Part shown: piece after piece, positions 30,514 through 41,408 of the stretch
Numbering within the stretch: the first letter of the stretch is position 1
Layout of the letters: the number at the start of each line of letters is the position of its first letter
NCBI GenBank assembly: GCA_900128565.1
Contig: LT635915.1
Coordinates: 1 to 64,000 of the forward strand
From: Stramenopiles sp. TOSAG23-6
Taxonomy: Eukaryota
DNA length: 64,000 nucleotides
Direction of reading: 5' to 3'
Program-made: the position numbers and the translations under genes
The notes under the pieces: generated by a model
The model's database searches: none
Seen by the model: the letters and a program-made list of their open reading frames with translations, nothing else
Told to the model about the DNA's origin: nothing

Positions 30514-32877
30514 CTATTTCTTTCTAGTTTTTTTCCTGCGTAACCTTTGTGGATTGCAAAGTCTATCTAAAATGCGCGCTATGTCGATGCGGCTAACTCG
30601 CGGTTTTGTTTTTCTACGATTCAAAACTTTTCTTCGTGAGTGTTTCTTTTTCTTTACGAACCTGAGTGAGATTCGAGATGTGGTATTTGATTCTCCCGTC
30701 TGTAAACTTTCAGGTATTGTAGTTCCAATAAAATGAGACTTTCGATTAATTTTCTTTTTACTCTTCCGTTTGATCTTTACATTTAATTTATGTTGTTTTC
30801 TTTTGATATTTACATTTACTTTCTGTTTCCCACAAAGTTTACTTTTATACTTGGATATATTTCTATTTAAAGGTACTTGATTTGTTACCATTTTTTTTTT
30901 CAGAGAAAATTTTATTTTCTTCTTTGTCTTTGACTGGGGTGTAGTTTTCTGTTCCTTTTTCCTATGCACTATTTTCTTTATTTTTGAATATGATGTAATA
31001 GTCGTCTTGTTCGAATTAATACTTAATTGGGACGATATGTGTAATTTCTTCTTACCAAGGTTTCGATTTTGTTTTTGAAATAATTCATTTATATTCGATG
31101 ACGGAGGAGTGACACGCGTAGATAATACTTCACCGTGTAAAGCATCTTGACATTTTGGTACTACAAGGGTTTTAGGATTATTATGGTTAGAGTACCTAGT
31201 TTTATCCTCTCTTCGCTTCACCAATTGTTTATATTTTGTTCGATTACTTTTAGGAGATTCTTTCTTTGTTTGCCGTGATTTCAACCATTCAGCTATACCA
31301 AAGCGGCGGGGATACTCTATGGGTTTTTGCCATGGTATAAAAATATCCTCTGTGTCTATATTGGAACATTTTTCGATATTTGATACAATATCGTCTTTTT
31401 CAATGTCTTCTGGAGCTGATGCTGTAATGGAAAGATGTGTGAGGTCCTCATCTAGAAGGTAATCCTTACGTTCAATATCATCCTCATTGACAACTACAAT
31501 TTCATCAATTGTTTTAGACATATCGACTATTTTTTCAACGGTTTCGTTATTTGCTGAACATCGATGATCATGTGACCACATTCCACCTCTTTCGCAAAAT
31601 TCACACTTCTCACAAGGTTTCCATACAAATACATCACATTTTTCAAGTAATGTAGACGACGAATGTTTTGTACATTTCTCTGGTTCGTTTTTTACTACTA
31701 TGGATTTCATAGTAGACCATGCTTTTTTAGGAGTTCTGTGATTTAGTGTAATATTTGTCATTGTATTTGCAGACTCTAAATAGGTTGTACTAGTAGTAAT
31801 TAAAACACCTAGTGGGGACACACACATGTCACTAAATGAGTATTTATATTCGCTAACTTGTGCTTGCTCATCACTAGCTCTGTGTATATAGCGCGTACTA
31901 TATATTTCACGATTAATTTCTCCAAGAGATGTACTTTCACTGACATTAATTGTTTCTTTGGAAGAATATTTACTTAAATTTCTAATTAAAGAAACATTGT
32001 CTTCTATATATTTCCAACACATTATCATCCCATTGGATGTTGTAAATATAGTTGAAAGACCACAGCGAACTACTATCATGTTTATAATGGGTATATTTTG
32101 ATTAATTGTCGAAATACAATCACATGTATCTGTTCGCCACCGTTTAATAGTTCCATCTAAACTACAACTTAATAAGAAAACTTCCTGTGTTACACAGTCA
32201 CCAGTAGTATTATATGTATCAGTAAGCGGACCATATGCTATGCGTAATTGTGTTACACTACTAGTGTGACCTCGCAAAATTAAGCCTGAAAAATTGTCAG
32301 ATAAAGGAAGTAATGTAGGTATCGGATAGCCTTTTATGTAAATGTCTCCATTTGAAAGACCAATATAGGCTACAGAAACAGTATTATAATATGGAGCTAC
32401 CAAATGCGAAAGCGTAGATGAGTTTGATACTACAGCACTGACGGCAGCGGGAAATTTTCCTATAATAAAGAAATCACTACTTACACCACTAAGCTTCCTT
32501 TGGTAAACTTTTCTGTCTAATGAACCTGTAAGGATTGTTGATGTATTTTCATCGTAGCTCAAACAAGTGATAGCGTCTTCGTGGAAGTGTAGACGACAGC
32601 GTGGTCTCCAAGAATGGGTACAAAATACCTTGATAGTTCCATCAGAACTGCCCGTGTACAGGAGTCGTCTAGTGGAAAACATACAAGTGACTTCATTTCC
32701 TCGATGAGCATAAAATTGATGTTTTATATGCATTGTACGATGACAAATTACTACCACTATTCCATCAGTAATACCACACAATATCCACGTACCACAAGCA
32801 GTGACGGTTATCGACGAGCAACGTAATTTGTTGTTCGACCACAGTAATTTTCGAGTTGGGAGGAGTTGATCACTCAT
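30514..32877 (-). CDS. WD40-repeat protein with Lys/Arg-rich C-terminal tail
   Basis: LYTGSSDGTIKVF, HEDAITCL..ILTGSLDRKV, LRGHTSSVT..LLSCSLDGTIKRW; highly basic last ~250 aa. Confidence 0.82.
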   Translation of the reverse strand: MSDQLLPTRKLLWSNNKLRCSSITVTACGTWILCGITDGIVVVICHRTMHIKHQFYAHRGNEVTCMFSTRRLLYTGSSDGTIKVFCTHSWRPRCRLHFHEDAITCLSYDENTSTILTGSLDRKVYQRKLSGVSSDFFIIGKFPAAVSAVVSNSSTLSHLVAPYYNTVSVAYIGLSNGDIYIKGYPIPTLLPLSDNFSGLILRGHTSSVTQLRIAYGPLTDTYNTTGDCVTQEVFLLSCSLDGTIKRWRTDTCDCISTINQNIPIINMIVVRCGLSTIFTTSNGMIMCWKYIEDNVSLIRNLSKYSSKETINVSESTSLGEINREIYSTRYIHRASDEQAQVSEYKYSFSDMCVSPLGVLITTSTTYLESANTMTNITLNHRTPKKAWSTMKSIVVKNEPEKCTKHSSSTLLEKCDVFVWKPCEKCEFCERGGMWSHDHRCSANNETVEKIVDMSKTIDEIVVVNEDDIERKDYLLDEDLTHLSITASAPEDIEKDDIVSNIEKCSNIDTEDIFIPWQKPIEYPRRFGIAEWLKSRQTKKESPKSNRTKYKQLVKRREDKTRYSNHNNPKTLVVPKCQDALHGEVLSTRVTPPSSNINELFQKQNRNLGKKKLHISSQLSINSNKTTITSYSKIKKIVHRKKEQKTTPQSKTKKKIKFSLKKKMVTNQVPLNRNISKYKSKLCGKQKVNVNIKRKQHKLNVKIKRKSKKKINRKSHFIGTTIPESLQTGESNTTSRISLRFVKKKKHSRRKVLNRRKTKPRVSRIDIARILDRLCNPQRLRRKKTRKK

Positions 32878-33151
32878 TTGTGGGACGCAATTAGCCTTTC
32901 TGCAATATACTCAATGAAGAAGATTACATTGTCGATTAGTTACTTCATTTGCAATATGACTTAAAAGTCGGGGGGTGGAGTCAATCTGTCATTTTCTTTA
33001 CTCCGTAGTAAAATTCTTACAGTACGTATACGTACTCTATATAACCGTTCGTAACGTTCGTAACGGATTTGACAGTATTTGACAGTCGTTACCTCGCACT
33101 TACCTACTTATGAGTTTTTTTGACAAGGCATAGTGATAGTCCTTGCAAAAT

Positions 33152-34981
33152 ATGGTGTGGCACTTCCACGTTGAGTGCGACTTTGAAGATTTGAGACGCG
33201 ATGGAAAGCGGACGACAACCAGCGAGCTTTTTAAATGGAAAGAAGGACCTGGGAAATGGTCAGGTTGTACACTTACTGCTGGACTACACGAAGTGAAAAT
33301 TTCTGATTGCGCAGGCGGTTCGGTCCAAAATTGTGGCGGTCACTGGCCTGTTGAGATAGTATTTGATGGGAAAACAGTTCATTGGGGATACAATGGTGAT
33401 GGAAAACTTCACTTACGACTCAAACATAAATCTTTGTACATTAACAATAACGCGTATCGTTGGCCTCGAGCTGTGAACAAGATACCAGAAGAAGCCCCTT
33501 TACTAAAAATACCTGCAAATGTTCTCGGAACGGCTTTATTTAGGGATGGCACAGGCAAACAGCCTGATGAGAAAATTACTACTGCATCGGTAGTTGTCAT
33601 ATCTGGTGCTAAAGCTATACCAAAAAATGAAGTTTTTAATAATTGGATTGCAAAAGTACAAAATACTCCGGAACGAAAAACCGAGATGGCAGGTGGGAAA
33701 ACTCGCCAGGGAAATGGTGTCATCCAATATGGACAGTTTTCTATGCGTTTTTATTTTACGACAAAAGGAAGACCTGGTAGAAATGGGAAATATCCTTGCT
33801 TTATTTGTTTGCATGGAGGAGGTGGATGTCCTGCCAGTACTAATGATGGACAGTGGAATGCAATGAAAAACTATTGGGCTCCCTTGTGTTCAAGTGGTGT
33901 GTACATCGCACCTCGTGGTATCACCAATTCATGGAAGCTTCATTGGGAAGATGCTAGTTTCCCTTGCTATGATCGGATAATAGAGAATGCAATTGCGTTC
34001 TTAGATGTTGACCCAAACCGTGTGTATATGATGGGATACTCTGCCGGTGGAGACGGGGTGTATCGTATTGTACCCGTTCTAAGTGATCGTTTTGCGGCTG
34101 GTAATATGTGTGCAGGACATCACAATTATGTGAATTTTGTGAATTTCATAAATACACCAATGAGGGCCCAATGTGGCGAGCTTGATACTGCATATTCTAG
34201 ACATAAACTCACAGCAGAGTTTGGTATGCATCTACAGAAACTTCGCGGAGAATGCATGCTCAGACGTCAAAAACTTGGCCTTCCAGGTGTACCTCATGAT
34301 GCTCATGGACCCCCTTATCACTGCGAAGCATTGATACATCGTGAGAAACGACATAGCGGCATTCCTGATTGGGGGCGAACGTCTAACATTGTTCATAATT
34401 GCGGAGCCTGGGTGAGTGAAGGATGTTCGCGTGGACAATGTGGTGGCACTAAGTCTCTACGTTGTGACTCTATAGGATGGTCATTATCATTTCAACGCAA
34501 TCCAACACCTGACTATGTTATGTGGAATCCAAATGTTAGTCCTGTTCGAGATCCCCCCGCATATGGCGAAGTACCTGGTCCAATGAAAAAGGCAAAACGT
34601 CATCAGCTACATTACTGGTTAGATATTTCAATAGGCAAATGGCCATATGATGCTTCAATTATAGAAGCGACGCTTCATAAAACACAAAATATGAGCACAA
34701 TTACATTGCATCAATGCGGTTCAAGGATTCGTGTTTTAATTAACGACACAATGATATCTTCTGGATGCCAAAAACTTACACTTAATGTTGCTCCAAATGC
34801 ATTTGGAACATCTAAGGCATCAAGTTTTTCATTTTCAAGATTTCAGTTTCAAAGGAATATTCAGGAAAGAACTATGGCTGAGCGTGGTGATCCGAATTTT
34901 TGCTTTGGTGCAGAAGTGTCCTTGGCATGTGAGAAGAATGGCCAGTGGATCTGTTTATCAGTGGTTGGCCTAATATATTGA
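33152..34981 (+). CDS. Alpha/beta-hydrolase (bacterial predicted peptidase/esterase-like)
   Basis: Oxyanion motif LHGGG, YIAPRG, nucleophile elbow VDPNRVYMMGYSAGGDG, DRFAAG.MCAGH, CGELD. ATG at 33152. Confidence 0.82.
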   Translation: MVWHFHVECDFEDLRRDGKRTTTSELFKWKEGPGKWSGCTLTAGLHEVKISDCAGGSVQNCGGHWPVEIVFDGKTVHWGYNGDGKLHLRLKHKSLYINNNAYRWPRAVNKIPEEAPLLKIPANVLGTALFRDGTGKQPDEKITTASVVVISGAKAIPKNEVFNNWIAKVQNTPERKTEMAGGKTRQGNGVIQYGQFSMRFYFTTKGRPGRNGKYPCFICLHGGGGCPASTNDGQWNAMKNYWAPLCSSGVYIAPRGITNSWKLHWEDASFPCYDRIIENAIAFLDVDPNRVYMMGYSAGGDGVYRIVPVLSDRFAAGNMCAGHHNYVNFVNFINTPMRAQCGELDTAYSRHKLTAEFGMHLQKLRGECMLRRQKLGLPGVPHDAHGPPYHCEALIHREKRHSGIPDWGRTSNIVHNCGAWVSEGCSRGQCGGTKSLRCDSIGWSLSFQRNPTPDYVMWNPNVSPVRDPPAYGEVPGPMKKAKRHQLHYWLDISIGKWPYDASIIEATLHKTQNMSTITLHQCGSRIRVLINDTMISSGCQKLTLNVAPNAFGTSKASSFSFSRFQFQRNIQERTMAERGDPNFCFGAEVSLACEKNGQWICLSVVGLIY

Positions 34982-35165
34982 ATAGAAATAAAAAATAGTC
35001 TACATAGAGAAAGTTAAAATTGAAACAAACGCTCACATCAAACTCTTTTGTACCAACCAATACGCTCATCAAAAATGTATTAAAGAGTCTCGCTACACAA
35101 ATCAAATATCTACTCACAAAACGACACAAGCGTTTATGACTATATATTTTAATTTTTATATTTTA

Positions 35166-36560
35166 TTAAGAGTTGTGGGATTCAACTTTTTGTAGTATAA
35201 TATTATTTCTTTCTTTAGTTCTTATAATTGCCTTTTCTAACTGATGTGCTAATAAAGGGTTTTGTTTATCTATCCATTTCAGATGTTTTGACGACGTTGA
35301 GGAAGCACTGACATTAGGAGAAAGTCGAAGGTCAAAATTTATACTTTCGACATCCGAACCTAATTGAGTTTCATTACTATAATTACTTTGGCTTATAGAG
35401 TCTTTGAATATTTCTGCACCAGACATGGTAGACGTTCTCCCACAATCAAATATATCCGAAGAAAACGATGTGTTTACACTATTTCTATATATTGGTGTTT
35501 TTGCTCTAATTTCTGGCGAAGTTGGCATGATAACTATATCCGACTGTGATGCACAACTGAATCGTATTTCGCCGTTTGTCTTGGGAGAACGACTTTCGAC
35601 CCAAGAATCACCAGAAAAGCCCCAAGCACCAACAATTTCATCTCCAATGTCATCTACACAAATGTCACATATTCTCTGCTTTCCTTTAGCCCCATCAAAA
35701 AAATCTCGCCCACGGGTGCATTTATCACACATAACACGCCCACATAATCTACAATGATGTTTCCTATGTTTAAAAAAATTGAAGGTTTCATTGCATAGGC
35801 AGCAAACATCGACCTCACTTTTTTGTATCCAAAAGTGTTTATCTAAAATATGCTTATTTTCTCTATTTTTATCCGACAACTTTGATTTCTTTTTATGACG
35901 AATAGCAATCGTCAAATTTCTTAGTAAACGCCATCTTTTGCGAGCTCTTACACGAGATTCATCATCATATGACTTTTTTTCGACTAAATTGATATCATTA
36001 TCATCACTAAGACAATGAACACTGGAATAATTGCGTAACCTACTTACACCACTTTGCGACACTGACGCCAAACTTCGCGGGGAAGCAGCTAAAGATCGTC
36101 CATCCAAATTAAAAAGGATTTCTCGTCTACGCCTGCTTCTACTATTGTAGCTGGCACGCCTACGGCGTGCACTCGCTCGTCGTGGTTTTGTTGATACTAA
36201 TAAAGTTTCAGACTTTGCACGAGGGATTGGAGAAACAACAGGAGAAATTCTTTTGGCTGATCGAGATATACGAATTGCTTCGACCCACTTATTTGCACAC
36301 TCACAACCTCTAACACGCAAACGGTGAACATGTCCCCCTATCCCAACTTCGAAAACGTCTGCAGCGCTGAAATCCTGTGAAAGAGAGCAGGTTACTGCAT
36401 CAATGTCGTAAACGTGGTGGTGCTTATCTTTCGTTTGACTTGCATCACTAAACACTGTTAAGCTTTTCGAAGTTAGAACAAGATATCTCTGACACCATTT
36501 ATGAAAGGTCTTCGTTTGCTTCCAAACATTTCCCTCCATTAAAACTTGAAGGGGTGGCAT
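35166..36560 (-). CDS. PH domain + FYVE zinc-finger protein
   Basis: PH: LMEGNVWKQ...WCQRYLVL...NKWVEAIR. FYVE: W...VDVCCLC..F..RKHHCRLCGRVMC.KC...RICDIC. Confidence 0.88.
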   Translation of the reverse strand: MPPLQVLMEGNVWKQTKTFHKWCQRYLVLTSKSLTVFSDASQTKDKHHHVYDIDAVTCSLSQDFSAADVFEVGIGGHVHRLRVRGCECANKWVEAIRISRSAKRISPVVSPIPRAKSETLLVSTKPRRASARRRRASYNSRSRRRREILFNLDGRSLAASPRSLASVSQSGVSRLRNYSSVHCLSDDNDINLVEKKSYDDESRVRARKRWRLLRNLTIAIRHKKKSKLSDKNRENKHILDKHFWIQKSEVDVCCLCNETFNFFKHRKHHCRLCGRVMCDKCTRGRDFFDGAKGKQRICDICVDDIGDEIVGAWGFSGDSWVESRSPKTNGEIRFSCASQSDIVIMPTSPEIRAKTPIYRNSVNTSFSSDIFDCGRTSTMSGAEIFKDSISQSNYSNETQLGSDVESINFDLRLSPNVSASSTSSKHLKWIDKQNPLLAHQLEKAIIRTKERNNIILQKVESHNS

Positions 36561-36746
36561 AATGAATCAATGGAGGGGGAGTCCTTAATTACGTGGCCTC
36601 TCTTCCTTAGTTCCTGTTGTTGACCATCGGACGGGTAATAAATATATTCAGTAAAAAGTATCATATTTTATGATATTTTTGCTGTTTATTTTCGGTTCCC
36701 GGTACCCCGGTCAAATTTTGTAACTGCCACCAGTCAAATCTTTTGT

Positions 36747-36808
36747 AAAATATTACAAATGTATTACTCCTATCCGTAAATATTACAAATTATTACTCCT
36801 ATCCGTAA
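36747..36808. repeat. Short tandem duplication (~29-30 bp x2) upstream of the ankyrin gene
   Basis: aaatattacaaat(g)tattactcctatccgtaa occurs twice in tandem. Confidence 0.8.
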
Positions 36809-36878
36809 GTCCCAGAAAATTCTGAGTGCAGTCATTAACTCAACATTAAAATAAAAGGATTTCGCGATATAAAATAAT

Positions 36879-37253
36879 ATGGATGCCCATACCTTAGAAT
36901 TAACTCGTAATTTGATACAAGCTGCTGAAAATGGAGATAATGACAGAGTTAACGATTGCTTAGAAAAGGGAGCTTCAGCCCGACTTCGAGGAGAAAATGG
37001 AGAGTTGGCTCTTATATTGGCAGCTCAACGCGGTCATACGGCCGTCGTCGCTACTTTACTAGATAATGGAGCCACCGTTGACATGAAAACGATAGATGGA
37101 AATAATGCTCTTACGTTAGCTGCAAGAAATAATAAAGTCGCTGTTGTGCGACTACTCCTTCATAGAGGATCAAGCATTGAACTAAATGATCCCGAGGATT
37201 CAGATACGCTGACATGGGTTTGCGAAATGGTAAGACAAAGAAAGACTAAATAA
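36879..37253 (+). CDS. Small ankyrin-repeat protein (possibly 3'-truncated)
   Basis: LIQAAENGD..V..LEKGA; GELALILAAQRGH..VV..LLDNGA; GNNALTLAARNN...VVRLLL.RG; the fourth repeat breaks off at TLTWVCEM. Confidence 0.8.
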   Translation: MDAHTLELTRNLIQAAENGDNDRVNDCLEKGASARLRGENGELALILAAQRGHTAVVATLLDNGATVDMKTIDGNNALTLAARNNKVAVVRLLLHRGSSIELNDPEDSDTLTWVCEMVRQRKTK

Positions 37254-37369
37254 GCCCGCTAAAGCGAATAACGTGACTAAAAAGGAGTTCATGTACGAAT
37301 GATTATTCCATATAAATAAAATGCACTTGTATTATTTCTCTACATTCCTTTTGCACTAAAAGAAAAGTT

Positions 37370-40300
37370 TTATAGCTTTTGTACCATAATATCTGTTGCT
37401 CTTTGAACCACATTCTCAGGAAGTCCTGCAATGCGTGCCACATTAACGCCATAAGAACTTGATGCAATGCCACTCACTACACGGTGCGTAAATATAGGCT
37501 TTGAGCTACATTTGGTTTTGCTATCAGTATTAGTAATAGCAACTTCGAGAGTTCGTAGTGCTACACCTGGGACTTGCACCAAGTCATGAAAGTGAGTTGC
37601 AAAAAGTGTTCTACAATCACGTTGAATAAGTTCTTCTAAAACAGCTTGGGCAATAGCTTGTCCATCAGATGGAGCTGTTCCCCGCCCTACTTCATCAATC
37701 ACTACTAACGATCTAGAAGTTGCAGAAGCAAGTATTGCTGCTGTTTCTTCCATTTCAACAAGAAATGTCGAACGACCTCTAGATATATCATCTGATGCAC
37801 CAACTCTTGAAAATACACGATCAACAATGCCAATACGCGCAGCAGTGGCGGGAACAAATGATCCAGACTGAGCCATACATGCAATTTGAGCGCATTGGCG
37901 TAAGAATGTTGTTTTGCCGCCCATATTTGGACCTGTAATAAGCCAAATTCTTGAAGTATTTTCTTCAGATTTTTCATCAACATTTTGTGTACAACTATTT
38001 GTTTTGTTATCAGTCCAAGGCGGAAAAGATTCAGAATTACTACAGGATAGGGAGACGTTATTGGGAACGAACGTTATTGGAGGATGATTAGAAAGATACG
38101 CGGATTCCACGACGATATGACGACCATCAAGAACAAACAAATCTCTTGAATTATCAAGTATTGGTTTCACTAAGTCTAATTTTCTTGCTGCTTCGGCCAT
38201 ACTAATATGTACATCAACAGTAGCAATAAATTCTGATAATTCCGATATAGATTTTGAATGATCGACACAAGCATTTCGAAGATCTCTAAATATCTGTTTC
38301 TCTAATTTAATCGCGTCATTGCCGGCATTTTTTATTTGAACATCTAACTTGGATAATTGTTTTGTTTTGTATCGTCTATATAGATTACTTGAGCGAACAC
38401 ATTCAAATACAGTTGTTTCGTGTTTTTCATTTTCTCCTAATATTGCGCTACTACTTAATAATGATTCTAAATTATTATTAACACCATGAGCATCATTTAT
38501 ACTACCAGAAAATCTATCAGAAGAATCAACTACTCTTTGGCCATTTTCTTTTTTTAATCTATCAGAAGAATCAACTACCCTTTGGCCTTGTTCTTTTTTT
38601 CCTGTTTTTTTGCCACTAGTTTTGCTTGCGGAAGATATTCTTACCGATAATGCATCACATGATTCAATATCCCATCCACTTGTTCGCACTTCAATAAAAT
38701 AGCCCAGCATATTATTTTGTTTAATACTTAATTTTGATGGAGGACACGAAAGTTCTGCTTTATATTCTTCTTCAACAGCTTTGACATGTTCAGATGCATC
38801 CCGACGAAGATTGCGTTTCTCATCAACAAATTTGTTAAATCCATCTTGAATAAATCCCCCTAAATTGATATTGGCTGGTATTTTATCCTCAACCAAGGCA
38901 TCGTTTAGAGATGTGTATAAGTCAATAAGTTCTGAATTTGGTAGTAATGGATCAATTACATAAGGAATATCAAACTCATTGCACATTGTCGATGATAAAA
39001 AATCAGAATCCACTGTTTTAGTCACATCTTTATCCAGAATTGGACAAAGAGAACGTCTTAGCTCACTAGCTTGTTTGATCGTCGTACCGATACACTTTAA
39101 ATCTCGTGGACTGCCACGTCCTAATGCAAGTCGTTGTAGACTTCGTTCCATATCACCACACTGTTTCAAGATACGCTTTGCTGTATCGCAAATGTCATCT
39201 AAATCCTTGAAAAATATGGATACCGTTTCTAAGCGTCTATTAATTGTATTGACATCTGTAAGTGGTGCTGATATTCGAGCAGAAAGCTCCCTACCTCCTG
39301 CAGCAGTAAGTGTATTTCTTAATTTGGATAATAATGTGTCATTTCCTCTTGATTGATTACTAGATGTGGTTAACTCAAGTGATACACGAGAAGCTGCATC
39401 GATTACCATACAATCTTTTGGTGATATTTGTGTTAATGGTCTAAGGGTTGGTTTGCTCCCACATTGTGTATGATTTACATATTGCAAAATTAATTCCACG
39501 CCAGATCTCTCTACTTGTGAAAGAGACAGATGATCTGTAACCTTATGACTGTAATTATTACAGTGATTCATACCATAGACATCATCAATATTCCCAGAGT
39601 CACCATCAGTTGCAATTAAAGGAAATAGTGTCAAACAACAGTTTTTACCAGCGATTGCAGCGAGATTTGCAGAATCCCAAAATCTATCTTCTTTGGTCAC
39701 AATATCATCCAATTTCACTTCATCGTCAAAACGTTCCATTGTTTCTCTCCTCATCAATATTTCCGATGGTCGAATGCTAGATAAATGACTACCTAACTCA
39801 CTCAAACCTGTTTTTCGGCACTTGAATTCCCCTGTTGACAAATCTAACCAAGCTAAACCGATGGACAAATCACCACAAGTTGTATGTGCTTGACAATGAT
39901 CAATATCTATAGCACATAAGAATGATGAAAAGTTGGGATCTAGTTGTTCTTCATCTGTTAGAGTACCAGGTGTTACCAAGCGTTCAATTTTACGTTCTAT
40001 AATAGAACCAACTCCACGTTGTTTGGCTTCGGTAGTTGTTTCAACTTGGTTGCATATTGCAACCTTGTGTCCGTTTGTAACTAATTTGCGTAAGTTATCT
40101 TGTAAAGAAGCAAGTGGGAAACCACACATTGGTACTTCTCTACCGTCATAAACACGTTTAGTGAGTTGTATGTCTAATTGTGCTGAAGCAGTGATTGCAT
40201 CGGTTTCAAAGAGTTCATAAAAATCACCAAGCTGAAAAAATAAAATATAATTAGAAAACTTGTTCTTTTGACTAGCATATTGCTGCATCAGTTTTGATGT

Positions 40301-40429
40301 TTTTTTCTTCCCTTTTACCACTGATGTTGTCGAGATGGTCGTAAGAGACGTGCTCCCAAATTGTCGATTTTGAAACCCACTAACAGCATATCGCCAAAGT
40401 ATAGATTTATAATTTGAATGGAGCGTCAT
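37370..40429 (-). CDS. MSH1: DNA mismatch repair MutS1/MSH1-like protein, probably mitochondrial
   Basis: LMQQY...ILFFQLGDFYELF..DA (F-x-E motif), VPMCGFP, TPGT, ITGPNMGGKTTFLRQ, GRSTFLVEM.ET, DEVGRGT, FATHFHDL, SYGVNVARIAGLP; presequence-like N-terminus. First ATG at 40429. Confidence 0.88.
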   Translation of the reverse strand: MTLHSNYKSILWRYAVSGFQNRQFGSTSLTTISTTSVVKGKKKTSKLMQQYASQKNKFSNYILFFQLGDFYELFETDAITASAQLDIQLTKRVYDGREVPMCGFPLASLQDNLRKLVTNGHKVAICNQVETTTEAKQRGVGSIIERKIERLVTPGTLTDEEQLDPNFSSFLCAIDIDHCQAHTTCGDLSIGLAWLDLSTGEFKCRKTGLSELGSHLSSIRPSEILMRRETMERFDDEVKLDDIVTKEDRFWDSANLAAIAGKNCCLTLFPLIATDGDSGNIDDVYGMNHCNNYSHKVTDHLSLSQVERSGVELILQYVNHTQCGSKPTLRPLTQISPKDCMVIDAASRVSLELTTSSNQSRGNDTLLSKLRNTLTAAGGRELSARISAPLTDVNTINRRLETVSIFFKDLDDICDTAKRILKQCGDMERSLQRLALGRGSPRDLKCIGTTIKQASELRRSLCPILDKDVTKTVDSDFLSSTMCNEFDIPYVIDPLLPNSELIDLYTSLNDALVEDKIPANINLGGFIQDGFNKFVDEKRNLRRDASEHVKAVEEEYKAELSCPPSKLSIKQNNMLGYFIEVRTSGWDIESCDALSVRISSASKTSGKKTGKKEQGQRVVDSSDRLKKENGQRVVDSSDRFSGSINDAHGVNNNLESLLSSSAILGENEKHETTVFECVRSSNLYRRYKTKQLSKLDVQIKNAGNDAIKLEKQIFRDLRNACVDHSKSISELSEFIATVDVHISMAEAARKLDLVKPILDNSRDLFVLDGRHIVVESAYLSNHPPITFVPNNVSLSCSNSESFPPWTDNKTNSCTQNVDEKSEENTSRIWLITGPNMGGKTTFLRQCAQIACMAQSGSFVPATAARIGIVDRVFSRVGASDDISRGRSTFLVEMEETAAILASATSRSLVVIDEVGRGTAPSDGQAIAQAVLEELIQRDCRTLFATHFHDLVQVPGVALRTLEVAITNTDSKTKCSSKPIFTHRVVSGIASSSYGVNVARIAGLPENVVQRATDIMVQKL

Positions 40430-40739
40430 CAGTATAGAGAGTTTGAGTATCACTTTGAGTGGTACGTAAGGAAGTTCTTATATCAGATTCAAGAGTTTGA
40501 ATAATCACAAGAGAAATTTGAGAATTTAGTAGCTAATTTTTGTGACCCGGACATTCATTCATCTTAGCCGTTAGGTATGAAATTTTCGTACGGCGCCCCC
40601 ATCGCCATCATCAGATGTGTGTGCTCGCTTCAAAAGAAGTTTCTGTTCGAGTTCTCGAAAGAACTTTTTGAGAAACGTTTGAAATTGAATATTCAATATT
40701 ACAGCTTAAATAATTGAAATTAGGTAAGCAGATTTCAAT

Positions 40740-41408
40740 ATGTCACTTAACCCAGCACTTGTGGGCTCTATACCAGCTGACGGTGAATATTTTATACTTC
40801 GAAGGGACTCAATAGACTTTACTGTTGATGTCGAGGGCGTAGGGAAGTTCAAATCGAGCAAAGGCAGCTTGTTCTTTACTACCCTTAGAATGGTATTCAT
40901 TAGCAAAGACGTGTCAAAAAATAGAGATCCAGATGCATTTTATGGGTTTGATATTCCTTTAGCTAAAATTCAGGGAGAAGAATTCCATCAACCAATTTTT
41001 GGGGCAAATAATCTTACTGGAAGTGTAGAAAAATGGCGTGTCGGTCCCTCTAACTTTAAGATTACATTTCGTAGTGGAGGTGTAGGTACGTTTTTACCAC
41101 TACTCATTCGATTTTTAGATAAGCATCGCCGTCAACAAATGCAATCTGGGGGTCAATTTTATCAGTTTGTCCATCAAGGTGGCCTAATTCAAGGTTCTCA
41201 AGCTGCTTTTGTAGACCCCTCGGACCCAAGTGTCATTTTTATTAGTCAGCCATTTGCTACTGAAGTTGCAGAACCTGTAGTTAACGATCGGGGTGAACAG
41301 GAATATACTCCTGTTGCACAGCCTTTAAACACTGCTTCTCCCGCTTCTGGTAGTCGTAGCATGTATTCGCAATATTTGTTAGGTACTCCTGTTATCCTTC
41401 CTATGTGA
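40740..41408 (+). CDS. WBP2/GRAM-like PH-fold protein
   Basis: MSLNP, GSLFFTTLRMVF, FDIPL..I..E.FHQPIFGANNL.G, FKITF.SGG. Confidence 0.82.
   Translation: MSLNPALVGSIPADGEYFILRRDSIDFTVDVEGVGKFKSSKGSLFFTTLRMVFISKDVSKNRDPDAFYGFDIPLAKIQGEEFHQPIFGANNLTGSVEKWRVGPSNFKITFRSGGVGTFLPLLIRFLDKHRRQQMQSGGQFYQFVHQGGLIQGSQAAFVDPSDPSVIFISQPFATEVAEPVVNDRGEQEYTPVAQPLNTASPASGSRSMYSQYLLGTPVILPM

Noticed and set aside
9407-40429. Giant-virus or bacterial origin of the contig (dNK, MutS, ankyrin, few introns)
   Set aside because: GT-AG introns, Rab8, prefoldin 4, a UBR ligase, FYVE and presequence-bearing COX11 are all present; there are no viral hallmark genes or operons, and MutS lacks the HNH fusion.
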